From: Podarcis vaucheri
Taxonomy: Eukaryota
Direction: 5' to 3' (one strand)
Assembly (NCBI GenBank): GCA_965113315.1
Contig: OZ220376.1
DNA: 64,000 nucleotides
A model generated the notes under the pieces. It ran no database searches and was not told where the DNA came from. It worked only from the letters and a program-made list of their open reading frames with translations. The position numbers and the translations under genes were made by a program. Below are positions 38,373 to 50,177 of the stretch, piece by piece. Each line of letters opens with the position of its first letter. Position 1 is the stretch's first letter.

Positions 38373-39329
38373 AAAATATCAAACCACATTGTGCACCGCC
38401 CAATTCTTTGGGGAAAGTACCAGGATTTTTTGGGGAAAGCAGTGCACTTTAAATGTAAGGGACATTTAAATACACATGCAGCCACATGGTGTGCGTGAGA
38501 GAGATGCTGTAAAGGTGCCAGAACTCCCCTAGGCTCAGAAATCTGCCCTAGATCTCCCCTTTACCACTGAGAATATCCTTGGTGTTTTACTGCTTGGTGG
38601 GGGGAGGGTGTTGGAAAAGGGAGAGGGCCTTTGCTTTGGCAGCACATAGTATATTTTATAGTGGCTGCTCTAGAAGCTGGTCTGCCCACACTGCTGACTC
38701 TTTTTCAAGGGGGAAGGGAAGAAAATTGACATTTCAAAGCTTTTTAATGTTTGGGCTTTTTTCAATACTCTCAATCTTCAGCCAAATCAGGCTTCTACAG
38801 CAGCTTACAAATGTCAATGATACATCAGTCCCTGCTCTCAGCTTTAGTTCCAGAGACACAACACAAAAGGAAAGGGAATGTGGAGGGGAGGAGGAAAAAC
38901 ACAAACACAGCTACACATTATACAGTAGCTGTAAAAGCACATTCAAACATATCCTTTCCCTTTCAAATAAATTCGGGGTGCTACAGTTTGTTAAGGGTTG
39001 CAGGGAATTGCAACTGTGAGGGGGTAAACTCCGGTGCCCGGAACGCCTGGAGGGAAAAGAACGTGTTTGGAATGCTCTTTAAAGGCTTGGTGTGTACACA
39101 ACACATACATTACTTACAGAGTTCTTGGAATGACCTGCTGTGAAGGAAAGACTTTCAGGAAGAGGGGAAGCTGAAAGCTGCTGGTCCTTTCGGTGTGTAT
39201 ATGCAACCTACCTCGCAAGCGCACACTTAAATAGTGGTGGTTTTCACTGTGGGTTTCTGCACACAATGCAGGCACGCAATGCAGAAATACGGGAAACGGG
39301 ACTTCAGAAAAATAAATAAGTCTGTGTTT

Positions 39330-40260
39330 GAGCGATCAGGAAATATCCGGCGTGTATGCTGGGGGGGGGGGGAGAGACGCGGAATGGGTGACGTTTAGCA
39401 AAGGCGGCCTAACTGGGGTGAGCAGCGGGCGGGGGGGGGAGAAAAAGAAAGAGTCATTCCGCGGGGTATCGGAGCCTCCAGCCCTTGAAGGGAAAAGGGG
39501 CTGCTGTGGCGCCGGCGGGGGCGAGGCCCGGCTTAGGAGGCCGTCCCTGTTGCGGCGAAGGGGGCCTTCCTGCCCCGGCGAACTCCTGCCCGGCTGCCCC
39601 CTTCCCCGGCGCAGCGGCGGCTGCACCATCGCCGGCGCCTCCCCTCAGCTTTCCCAGCCTTCCTCTCCGCGACGAAGGCGCCCGCCTGGGCCTAGCCGCG
39701 TCTGGGGGGGGGAATCCCGCCCGGCTCCTTCTTCCTGCCTTCCTCTCAGGCCCGCCTCGGCCTAGTCCGGGCAAGCCATGTGAGCGAGCCTCCATCGCCC
39801 GCTCCGTCTCCCTCGGCCCCGGCGGCTGCTCCGGGGATGCTCTTACTGGCCGTGGGCGACGCCGCCTCAGCCGCCGGCCCCAGCCCCGCCATGGAGCCCC
39901 CCAACCCGGCGCTGGTCATCCGCATCCGCGTCCCGGACGGCGGCGCCGTGGACTGGACGGTCCACCCGGCGCCTCAGCTGCTCTTCAGGGACGTACTGGT
40001 GAGTGAGAGAGGAGGAATATGGGGCTGGGGGTGGGGGGTGTCACTCGGGGCACCCCTCCCCATTAGCTCGGGCATGAGGTGCCAGGGAAATATGGGTGCC
40101 CCGGGTGCGCTGTCTATTTCGCCTCAGGAACCGCCGCTATCCCGGGGGAATTTGGCGGAGTAGCGGCGGCTTCTTCCCTGCCACTTACCCCGCATTTCCA
40201 TCGCCTTCCGGTGGGGGGCTTCGGTTTCGAAACGCCGCAACTACCCCTATTGGAGATGTG
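39330..40260. promoter_or_regulatory. CpG-island promoter / 5' UTR of MAP2K5
   Basis: Very GC- and CpG-rich; TGACG CRE half-site near 39389, GGGCGG box near 39427, long G-runs; encloses exon 1. Confidence 0.85.
39837..39998 (+). CDS. MAP2K5: MAP2K5 (MEK5) coding exon 1, MLLLAVGDAASAAGPSPAMEPPNPALVIRIRVPDGGAVDWTVHPAPQLLFRDVL
   Basis: Start of the MEK5 PB1 domain (LVIRI...GAVDWTVH...QLLFRDVL); donor gtgagt; 162 nt phase 0. Confidence 0.93.
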
Positions 40261-40983
40261 GGGTTGGGGCGAGGACCGGATATCTTCTTGCTTGTTCAGT
40301 GGGGTTTGTTTTACGTGCCTTCTCCCCCCACTCCACAACCTACACTCCGGATTAACAGGTGGTTATCTCCATCCCACTCTACTCCGCAGCTGCTGCGAAG
40401 TAGACCCGGGCTCCCCCTCTTTTCACTTGCAGCAATGGAGAATTTCAGTTTTGTCCAGTGAATTGGAAGCTCCTCTTCCACGCAGGGAGGTTTCAGAGAA
40501 AAACGAGGAATTCTGCATCCAGATTGTAAGCTGGTTGTTGGAAATTTATCACATTTTTCCCTGGAAAGTGTTAACCTGGGTTACGTTGGCTGTTGGCATT
40601 TTGATGCCTGTGAGGGGCCAAAATCCAATCATGTTTTTAACGTTTTAATGGTTTTATTACATATTTTTAATGTTTTTAATTGCTATAAAGTGTTTTGATA
40701 TTTTTAAATGATATAGGGGTGTACAAATATTTTAATAAATACACACCCGTCTGGAAGCACCACTTTATCAGAGTAGACAAAAGGCACAAGATGCACCAGC
40801 TTTTCTGAATCACAGGTCTGGAAGAGAAATGTAATTGCTTCCTCTCAAGCAGCATATTGTTTTGGCTTAGTGAATAGACTTCCCAGATCACAATTTTAAT
40901 GATAATAACTCCCTGCTCCTTTTTTATAGCAATAATGACTTGTGATGTGGTGTGCAACTCCAGGCATTTGAAGATGAGTAGTT

Positions 40984-41296
40984 GTGGCGCTGTGGTCTAA
41001 ACCACAGAGCCTAGGGCTTGCCGAATCCCCGCCGGCCCCTGCTCCTGCCAACCTAGCAGTTCAAAAGCACGTCAAAGTGCAAGTAGATAAATAGGTACCG
41101 CTCCGGCAGGAAGGTAAACGGTGTTTCTGTGCGCTGCTCTGGTTTGCCAGAAGTGGGTTAGTCATGCTGGCTGCATGACCCGGAAGCTTTATGCGGACAA
41201 ATGCCGGCTCCCTCGGCCAGTAAAGCGAGATGAGCACCGCAACCCCAGAGTCGTCCGCGACTGGACCTAACGGTCAGGGGTCCCTTTACCTTTACC
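40984..41296 (+). mobile_element. Internally deleted Sauria SINE (different subfamily)
   Basis: gtggcgctgtggtctaaacc head, aagtagataaataggtacc core, cctttacctttacc tail, TAGTTGTG at 40979-40986 and 41297-41304. Confidence 0.88.
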
Positions 41297-41570
41297 TAGT
41301 TGTGTTAGTCTCCTGCAGGAAAAACAGTCAAGAGTCTTGTGGCGCCTTACAAGACTAAGTTTGAATCAGAGCAAACTGTGGGTTGATGTTTATTCTGATT
41401 AAGCAGTAAACAGTGGATTTTCCAGGCAAGAGCAAGGGGGCAAATGAAATTTCTCTTGGACCTGTGCCAGGAAATCACAGGAAAAACAGAAGTGTGGATG
41501 AGCCCATATGAATGTATTATGGCATAGGTTTGTATGGACTCAAGCCTACCTTGTTAGATTGTGAAGTGCA
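41297..41570. mobile_element. Penelope-like element remnant with an internal MITE-like insert
   Basis: gtgttagtc...agagtcttgtggcgccttacaagactaa ... attatggcatag..tggact resembles the reptile Penelope terminal repeat. Confidence 0.5.
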
Positions 41571-42112
41571 ATCTTAGTTGGCAGATATGTAAAGGAGAAA
41601 ATTGTAAGATGGGACTTTAATGGCAGTGAGAATAACTAGTGTCTGCAAAGGATAATTAGTTCTTAAATATATGTTAAATGGGCATTGCTTTTAATGATTT
41701 ATAGTAGCAGACTGGTGATATGATTTCATTAACATCTGTAGTGGGACATGGAAGCATTTGCAAAAAACATAGATAGCACAAATACTCATTGGTAAGTCAA
41801 TTAGTGCATGTAGTGTGATAATTTGTCCTATGCATGTTTACTTGGAAAGAAGTTCAATGGTGCTTGCTCCCAAGGACTGTGCGTAGAACTGCAGCTTAGT
41901 TAAAAGGAAGAACAATTTTTTAACTTTTGAATGTTGGCAACTTCTTTTACAGTGCAGAAAGCTGGTGATGTGTGGTAGATTTGTATGAAATTAACCAAAA
42001 CCACCAGGCAGACCTGCTTTACGTTCTTCTTGCATCACACAGACAGTTTTCACAAAAAAGTTCTGGTAAATATTTCTGAGGTTCTCTAATATTTAGGTTC
42101 AGCTGGTTGATC

Positions 42113-42265
42113 AGTGAGGCCAAGGGGGGGGGGAATCCTGTCATCTGGGCAGCCCAGGACCTCCATACACCCTAGAGAGGTCTTTTTGGTGCTGCTAACA
42201 CAGAGGTTTGACTTCACCCCCAGAGGCACACTCCATTGTCTCTTGAGACAGATGGATGCCAACAA
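42113..42265 (+). mobile_element. 5'-truncated copy of the element at 35192-35983
   Basis: Shared gaggccaag..gggg..tctgggcagcccaggacct and acttcacc...ggcacactcc..attgtctc..gagacaga.ggatgccaacaa. Confidence 0.75.
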
Positions 42266-43169
42266 AGTTAGGATCCGCTACTAGGTCACAGCCTGACCTA
42301 AGGTGGGTGGCAACAGCAAAAAAGTTATGAAGGTCCCCAAATGCACATTTAGGCAAAAGGTGAGTCTGGATTCTGAAAAGAATACTGCTTAAGAATCCGG
42401 AACAATCCCTTTCTTTTGCAAGAAGGGACAAATTTTGGCCATAGCTTAGTGCTATACACCTGAGCTTCCAATGTCCACAATGGCTTCCCTTTTAGAGTGC
42501 TGAATCTTGAGCTTTTTGTTTTTCTCTCCTTGGGCTGATCTAGTACTCAGAGAGTCATGTAATAACACACTTTTAATGTGGTCCAACCAGTCTTTTGTAT
42601 GTGCAGTTAAAGAAGGCTGACCAGTGGTAAAAGGAAAAAGACGCTCTGCTGTTTCTTTGTGAACCCAAACTTTACATCATTTATCATGTATAGACTTTGA
42701 GGATAATGGCTACTTTCCCAACTCGGATTTCCAGATCACCCTGTTTACATTCTTGTCATGTTCAGCATTCAGTTACTTTACATGCAACTTAATGGGTTCA
42801 AATTACATGATTGGTCATATTGGCTAAATATTTGGAAGAACTTGGAAGGAGCTATTCAACAGTAACAGACTGTCTCAGAAGATGGTGGACTAAGTTTAAA
42901 AGCAGAGACTGGATGGCCCTCCTAGCTAAATTGCTAGATGAGCAGGTTTCTGCATTGGTAGGGGACGTAATTGGACTAGATGACCCTTGAGGTGACTTCT
43001 AACTCTATGGTCCTGTGACTTGGTTTTGCTTTTGGTATCTTCTATTCCAGCAGCAAGAGAGAAAAACCTGTGAATGTGCTAATAAGAGGATCTGAAAGTA
43101 AATGGTTCTACAAAAAGGGTTGATAAAAATATAGCTCATTCTGCCTCCATTTTTATTTTTATTTTGCAG

Positions 43170-43218
43170 GATGTGATCAGTCAGGTTCTGCCTGATGCGA
43201 CGACAACAGCCTTTGAAT
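43170..43218 (+). CDS. MAP2K5: MAP2K5 exon 2, DVISQVLPDATTTAFE(Y)
   Basis: ttttgcag acceptor, 49 nt, gtgagt donor, in frame. Confidence 0.96.
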
Positions 43219-46187
43219 GTGAGTATGAGTATGAATATGATTCTGAGGATGGCTCAGTACTCGCATTATTTATTTAAAAAAATGACAACTACATATTGTT
43301 TATGTTCAGATATGCTACAGTTAAATATTTATATATGAATGCAAGTTTAATGACGATCCCAAGCTAAGTAATATTTTATTATTTAATCACATTTTGAGAG
43401 TGCATATTTCTACAATATAGCTTTAATTACCAGCATGACCTTACAGTGCTCTTTGTGCGCGTTGCAATTATATTGCTCAAATTAAATGAAAAGTATAAAG
43501 TACCTGGAGGCTTTGTAGGCTGAGATTTTAATTTTCAGATTTTATTATTATTATTAAAAGCAGAAATCAGTAGCTAGCTTTTAGAAGAGTGGAGTGTACA
43601 AATGTAGAACATTAGATTGGTTGCTGAAATGTCATATTCTCTAGAATCAGGTGGCTCTCATCCCTGATCATTCTGTTAGTGGGAGAACAGCTATTGTCTC
43701 AGCTCAAGTCTCCAACAGCTTAATCTCTGCAAGTTCCTGATATCAAGCTCTTGATGGCAGAACTGGCGGAACTGTCAGTACTGGGCTATGTAATGTAATG
43801 GTAGAGACAGTACACTATGGACTGAGGTTCAAACCTCAGCTCAGCTATGAACCTAATGGGTGGTCTTAAGCAAGCTGCCATCTTTCAGGCCCACTCCCCT
43901 GCCCTCAGTCTGTAATATGTGGGAAATGAGACTGGCATGGCTTACACGATTGTTGTATAGAGATTGCACACTTGCCATGAACAGTTAGGGAAAAGCATTA
44001 TTTTATTATTAATAATTATTCTATTGATGGGGAAGAGGTCTTGAGACATGGAAAGGGTTTTAAGAGTTTGGGTCTGGTCAAGGTGTTATAACTGTTTGTG
44101 TGAAAACATCTGCTTGCTGCCAGGACTGTCCTTTCAGCTTTCCTGCTTTGTGCATCAACCTCCACTGAACTCTTGTGTGTCAGGAGCAGGCACTGCAGCC
44201 GGAGCAGTAATCCACATTACTGACACCTTTAGGCAGAACTTGCCTTGACATATAGATTTCACATCTGCTGCTGTGCTTTCCAGTTCTTGGTTTTACCATG
44301 TCATTTTACACCGGCATGACATTGTTTCCCCTGCCATTTAAGTGGCATCAGAAATATGTTAACGTATATTGATGCTGCTTGGTTTCAGGGTTATCTTCTC
44401 CATGCTGAAGGCCTGAAATTTACTGGTTTAAGCATCTTCTCAGCTACTTGATGGCTTTCTCGGAGGCATTTAATTGCTATCCACAGCAGCTTTCTCTCCT
44501 GTTTGCTTAGTTATTGCTATCTCCAGTGTGTCTTCTGTGTCTGCCTCTACCTGGGGCTGTAGTTCTCCCTCACCATTGGACCTTGATGGGCCTTTCGCTG
44601 TTGTATGCCATGTTGCTACAAATAAAACAACTAACGACATATGGCTCGTTATGGCCCTTTTATCCCAAACCGTTTTGCATTGTGCATGACACACTGCATC
44701 TTTTGCAAAGATTGCTCTGGAATATTTGACTGCCATCTGCTGCATTCTATTTGGTGTCTTATGAGGATGTGACATTAGTAAAATCCACGCTTTATTTTAT
44801 TTTAGTTCTACTTTTGCTTCCGTAATGGGCTGGGATATCATGTTGTTTGTGCTCTAGGCAAGCAGAGGGGCTTGGTAAACCCCTTCTGAACCTTTGTGTT
44901 GAGCAGAATCATTTTGAGGGTGATTCCATACATTTTATTCCCAGTGGGGTGGTAAAAAATCTTCCTACTTAATCTGAGAAATACAGTGTCTAGTAGGTTT
45001 CCCCCCACCTCCAAATAACAAATTATGCTCTTTTGTTTTAGACAGACCCTACTTACTTTAATACCCATCAACCATCTGTCTTGTGCAGAAATGTTTCTGT
45101 GTTAAGAACACGAAAGACACTGTGCTTTACCTGAGGATTCCAAAGCTTGTGTTGCTTTTAGAGCTAATCTACAGTAATGAAGTGCTTTCTTAGTTGTTTC
45201 AATTGGCTTTTCAAATGGTGGCCCTTCACGACAAAATATTCCTTCAAGGTGTCTGTTTTAACAGGATTCTGTTTTCTTTTCTGTTCTTTTTTTTTAATAG
45301 CTCTTTTCATTCAGAGTCAGATTGTCTTGAGAATTTTCATAGCAGTTACTATTCTAATGGCTTCTGTTGAAGATACAAAAAACTATATTTTTAAATGAAG
45401 GCTTGTGTTCCTGTCTCCTTTTGAGAAATGGTGTTGCAGAGCAGGGGAAAAGCAGATTTAACACTTTCATCTTCTTCACCAGAACCCCAAGATCCCCCAA
45501 CTGGAGCCAGGTGCAGAAGGCAAACACTTTAGAATTCTGAACACAGAAATGTGCTTTTAGTGGCAGAACGGAACTCGGTCCATAGTCCTTTCACGCAACA
45601 ATCCACTCTCCCCTACCCCAGCATTTTTCATTGTGTTGTTGCTGTGTTCTTAAACTGCTGAGAGTCAGAAATCCTTACTGATTTACTTCAAATCACTTGG
45701 ATCTACAGGTAGATCCTGATCTACTTTCTGCCAACCCTTGTTATATAATGAATTTTCTAGTTTGACACCAGGGTATCTTCTACCCACAGCATTGTTGCTG
45801 CAGCACAGAGTTTACAGAATACGATAAGCAAAAATGGACAAGCTTCTGTCCCAAAGATTTTAATCTATATTTTGACAATGCGAAGGAATGGGGGGCGGGG
45901 AGCAAGTAGGAAGGAAAGCATCACTTATGGTTGCCTTTGCAACCATACTTCTCCCTAACGTTTATCCTAAATCCAACTTCCTAGAGCATCAACACCTGTA
46001 TATATGAAGATAATAGTTCTGTTATGACCTGAAATTCTATAGTGATTTAATTCTATCTGAATAAATGTAAATCATCCTTGGCAGAAAAAAATAATAATAC
46101 ACAGGATGTGAAGCTGTAGGCCATATCTGAAGGTATATCATTTGTATGACTTTCAGCATTCTGTTCTTGTTCACTCTCTCCTCATTT

Positions 46188-46525
46188 GGGAAGGGACATA
46201 GTTCAGTGGCAGAGCACCTGCTCTGCACGCAGAGGCTCCCAGGTTCAATCACTGGTATCTCCAAATAGCGATGGGAGAGACCCCTGTCTGAAACCTTGTG
46301 GAGCCAATGCCTGTCAGTGTAGTCAAGCCTTTTTCAACCTTGGGTCCCCAGATGTTGTTGGATTACAACTCCCATACTTCTTGACCCTTGGTTCTGCTTG
46401 CTAGGGAAGATGGGAGTTGTAGTCCAACACCATATGGAGATCCACGGTTGAGAAAGGCTGTTGTAGATAGTTATTGAGCTAAATTTGCCGGTGATTTGGT
46501 TTGGTGTAAGGAAGCTTTTTATGGG
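46188..46525 (+). mobile_element. tRNA(Ala)-derived SINE with a hAT-like MITE inserted at about 46324-46460
   Basis: gggaagggacatagttcagtggcagagca head; MITE TIRs agcctttttcaacc / ggttgagaaaggctg. Confidence 0.8.
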
Positions 46526-46726
46526 CTATACTAGGAAATACTGTACATCTGAAATTTATTTGGTTAACAGTGCATTCTTATCCTTTTGCCTTGCTTTGTT
46601 ATTGTTTTAAAATCCATTCACTGTCCAGTTTTGTTTGCTAAGGCATACAACATAAGGTTCCTTTTTGTAAAATGTGTGCTATTCTTTTTAAACTAATAAT
46701 TCTAAAGACATGGGCTTTTTTTACAG

Positions 46727-46794
46727 ATGAAGATGAGGACGGTGATAGGATTACTGTTCGAAGTGATGAAGAAATGAAAGCGATGCTGTCCTAT
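46727..46794 (+). CDS. MAP2K5: MAP2K5 exon 3, (Y)EDEDGDRITVRSDEEMKAMLSY (PB1 acidic OPCA motif)
   Basis: ttttacag acceptor, 68 nt, gtaggt donor; OPCA motif EDEDGDxITVxSDEE. Confidence 0.97.
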
Positions 46795-49584
46795 GTAGGT
46801 ATTTCCTATAGGTAGTTTTAATTTTTTGAATGTTTTAATTGATTTTACTAATAGTGCTATTGGGGTTGTGGTTTTTTTGTGGGGTTTTTTTGGTAAATTA
46901 TTGAGGGGTTGTTTTTTTTACAGTCAAGCAGTATATAAATTTTATTCAGTAAATACATAAACAATCATGTAAGATTTCAGCCATAATCCACATCTCCTGA
47001 ATAAGAAACTTTGAACTGAATGGCAGATACAAAGAGTCCTATGACTTCATTTCAGTCTGACTTTTGCAGATGCTTCTGGTGGCTTCTGATCAGATTCATT
47101 CATTCCTCCTCCACCCCTTTTTCTGGTGTTTTTCTGTTAAAAAGCAAACTGAGGGTGTATTATTTATTTATTTATTTATTTTATTGGTTTGGTGCAGAGA
47201 TCTCACATGAAACTTTGAAGTGCTCATTCCTTTTTTAGAGGAAAAAAAGCAACTACACTTACAGATCATATCATGAACATTGAGAGTAATGCATCCTAAT
47301 GACTTTTGCATTAGATATAGTGCAAACTAAATGGACTATCAATTTCTTGCGTTTTTTTATGCAGTACTTAAAGTAACGGCTCATTAAAAATGAACCCCTC
47401 GGCTCTAAAAAAATGTGTTTTTTAAAAACAAAATCTGCTTTCATCTGGAGACTTTTTCACCCCTTCTCTCAGAAGAGTTATATTTTAGCTGCAGGCTGAG
47501 CATGCAGAGAAGATTTTAAAGATGTATTGTCTTTTAATAACTGTAAAAATATGAAAACAAGGTTATTCATTGAATCTCAATGACTTGTATATAACTTTAT
47601 AAATGACTTGTCCTTTGTGTTTTATAAATGAGCATGAGTTTAGCTATTATCTCCCCTCCCCCCAATTAAAATAGAGTAACACAATTCATTGGTCTTCCAT
47701 ATCTTTTCTTCCTAAAAAGATGCAATGATTGACAGTTCTTCAGTGCAGACCTGAGTTCTACATTGTGCTCTGATAACCTAACCCAGGGGTTCCTTATGCA
47801 CAAGGAGTCTCCAGTGTCCAGTTGGAACTTCATGGTGTGCAGCAAATTCCCAGTCATTTCAATGAAGGGAGGACTGCTGGAATACTTGTCCCCACTGCCC
47901 TTCCCACTGAAGGAAAGCTTGTGTACAGAGGAACTTACGGCCCTTGTCTAAAAAAGCATGCAGCTCACTCTGTGCACCCAAGAGGGTTTTGGACTTGTGT
48001 TTCACTAATGCCCAGTCCACTCATTCTGCATGGCAAATTGCCCCTGAAACTGCAGGGAGTTTTTGGTATGGTATATCAGTCATAACATCATAGTTTTGAG
48101 ACGTTGCAGCCTGCAGGAGTGAGTGCCAGGCCTTTTCAGGCTATGCTATTGTCAAAGCAAACTGAAGATTTGTTTTTAACTGAGAAATAAATGATATAAT
48201 AGAGGTCAGCTTTGGCGAAGGCTTTGTTTTGGTTCACATGTGAACCACATATATTCCAAGGTTGTTCAGAAACTGCCACAAGCTGTTTGAAAGTAATGCC
48301 ATATTAAATTTGCTATATAAGACAAAAAGGTGTTTTAGAAAACCAACAACCTATTTTATAATCCCTATAGCAATGAATGAATGAATTTCTTATGGTACTT
48401 TTGGTTAATTGAGAGAGAGGCATTAAGTGACAGTAGGGCTGCACTGCCCCCATTACCTTCTATTGGTATAAAAAGGCAGTAATTTTTTTGACAGCCACTG
48501 ATTGGAAAGTTGCTCGCAGCCATCTGGAAGCAAAGGGTACACGTTTTGGATCAATAACTGGCAAATTTTCCATTAAAAAGAATACCTGAACAATGTTCCA
48601 AATAGCCACTGGCATCTTAACTTTCCATGGCAACCTCAAGTGCTCATATGTGGAGGACAAATCATTTTTGGACAATTTTTCCAGACTACTTGTTAACAGT
48701 TATTGCTGTCCCAAAAGGTTGACAGCTGACATGATTGATATTTCATTTACTTGTCATCTCTGTTTGAGTAATGGAGAAAGCGACATTACTTTTTTATTTT
48801 TAAAGAAACATAGGGCAAAATCTACTATGAACCTCTGTGGTGTAAGCCCCAATGAAATGAGTGGGAGTTGCACTGTTATAATCTGGGTTCTGAGGCTGGT
48901 ACTGGCCCTTGGAGCATATCTCAAATATCTGCTTTTAAGCTCATGCTACTTTTCTCTGCTTCTTGCTAGAGGAGAATGACACCATGGTCCAGCATATAGA
49001 GTAGAGCAGGGCTGGCTAGCATGTTACCCTCCAACCATCATGACCAGGGATGATGAGAATTGTAGTCCAGCAACATCTGGAGGACCAAAGGTTAGCCATC
49101 CTGGTGTAGAACATGGGCAGTCTATGGGGATTCAAATCTCCATTCAGCTCTTGAGTTTCTGGATAGCTTGGTCAATTCACAGCTTCCCATCTTCTGTTAG
49201 AACAAAGAACTGTCTTACCTAGATTAGGCCCAAGATCCATTTTGCCCAGGATTTTCTTGCCAGTGTTGGCCGGCCAGCTGCTTCTACACCCCTGGTAACA
49301 GCAGAGAATATACAAATGTTGGTCATCTCTGTCCTCTGCATCTACTATGTGAAAGAGGTTGCATTTAACACTCTTGACTACTGGCAGACGTCTCCGTGTG
49401 TGCGTTTAAGCCTTTTTGCAAGCTAGTGGCCATTCTTGTACTGGGGTTCCCTGTGAGTAAATCTGAGGCATCGCTGGCTTATTGTGCAGACTCAAGTAAA
49501 AAAAAAAAGGATAATGATAATTGTAAAGCTCCTCGCAAGGCTATAGAAATGATAAAGCTTACCATGGTTGGCTTATTTCAAAAT

Positions 49585-49870
49585 ATTTATATATCACTGT
49601 TGCCATTTCCAGGCGATTTACACAAATAGAAATACAAAATACAAAATATTCAATCGTAGTGGTAAAAAACAGTTCGCGGTTGTTACCAGGTGGAGATCTG
49701 CAGCTAGTGACACAACCAGAAGGGCATCTGAAGCTGATTGCAGGGATCAGGCAGGTCTGTGCAGGAGCAGACACTCTTTCAGACACCTTGGTCCCAAACT
49801 GTTTAGGGCCTTTAAAGTTAATACTAAAGTCTTAAAACTGCCCCTGTAGGAAATTGGAAGCCCCTTTACA
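49585..49870 (-). mobile_element. L2 3' fragment
   Basis: Minus strand LPISYRGSFKTLVLTLKALNSLGPRCLKECLL. Confidence 0.75.
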
Positions 49871-50107
49871 GTTGTTCTTTTGCAGTCAGTAAGCAAGGGT
49901 TCAGTTGCCACTTTAAAAACAAAATACTGCTGTGAATTCAACGAAGAGGGCAAAATGTCTTGGTGACAGCTCAAAGAAAGAGCATTAGTCAATCTCTTTG
50001 CTGCAATTAACATGGTCTCTCTGGAACTGTTGAATTCAGGGAGACACACTGTTGCCAGTCTGTGTATATAACTGAATGATTTCTCTTTCTCATACATCTT
50101 TTCGCAG

Positions 50108-50177
50108 TATTACACCACAGTCATGGAACAGGAAGTAAATGGACAGTTAATAGTGCCTCTGCAGATCTATCCAAGAG
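50108..50177 (+). CDS. MAP2K5: MAP2K5 exon 4, YYTTVMEQEVNGQLIVPLQIYPR(A)
   Basis: ttttcgcag acceptor, 70 nt, gtaatg donor, in frame. Confidence 0.96.

Noticed and set aside
39328-40648. Multiple long overlapping ORFs (113-189 aa)
   Set aside because: Stop-codon scarcity in a CpG island; only the 39837-39998 frame matches MAP2K5
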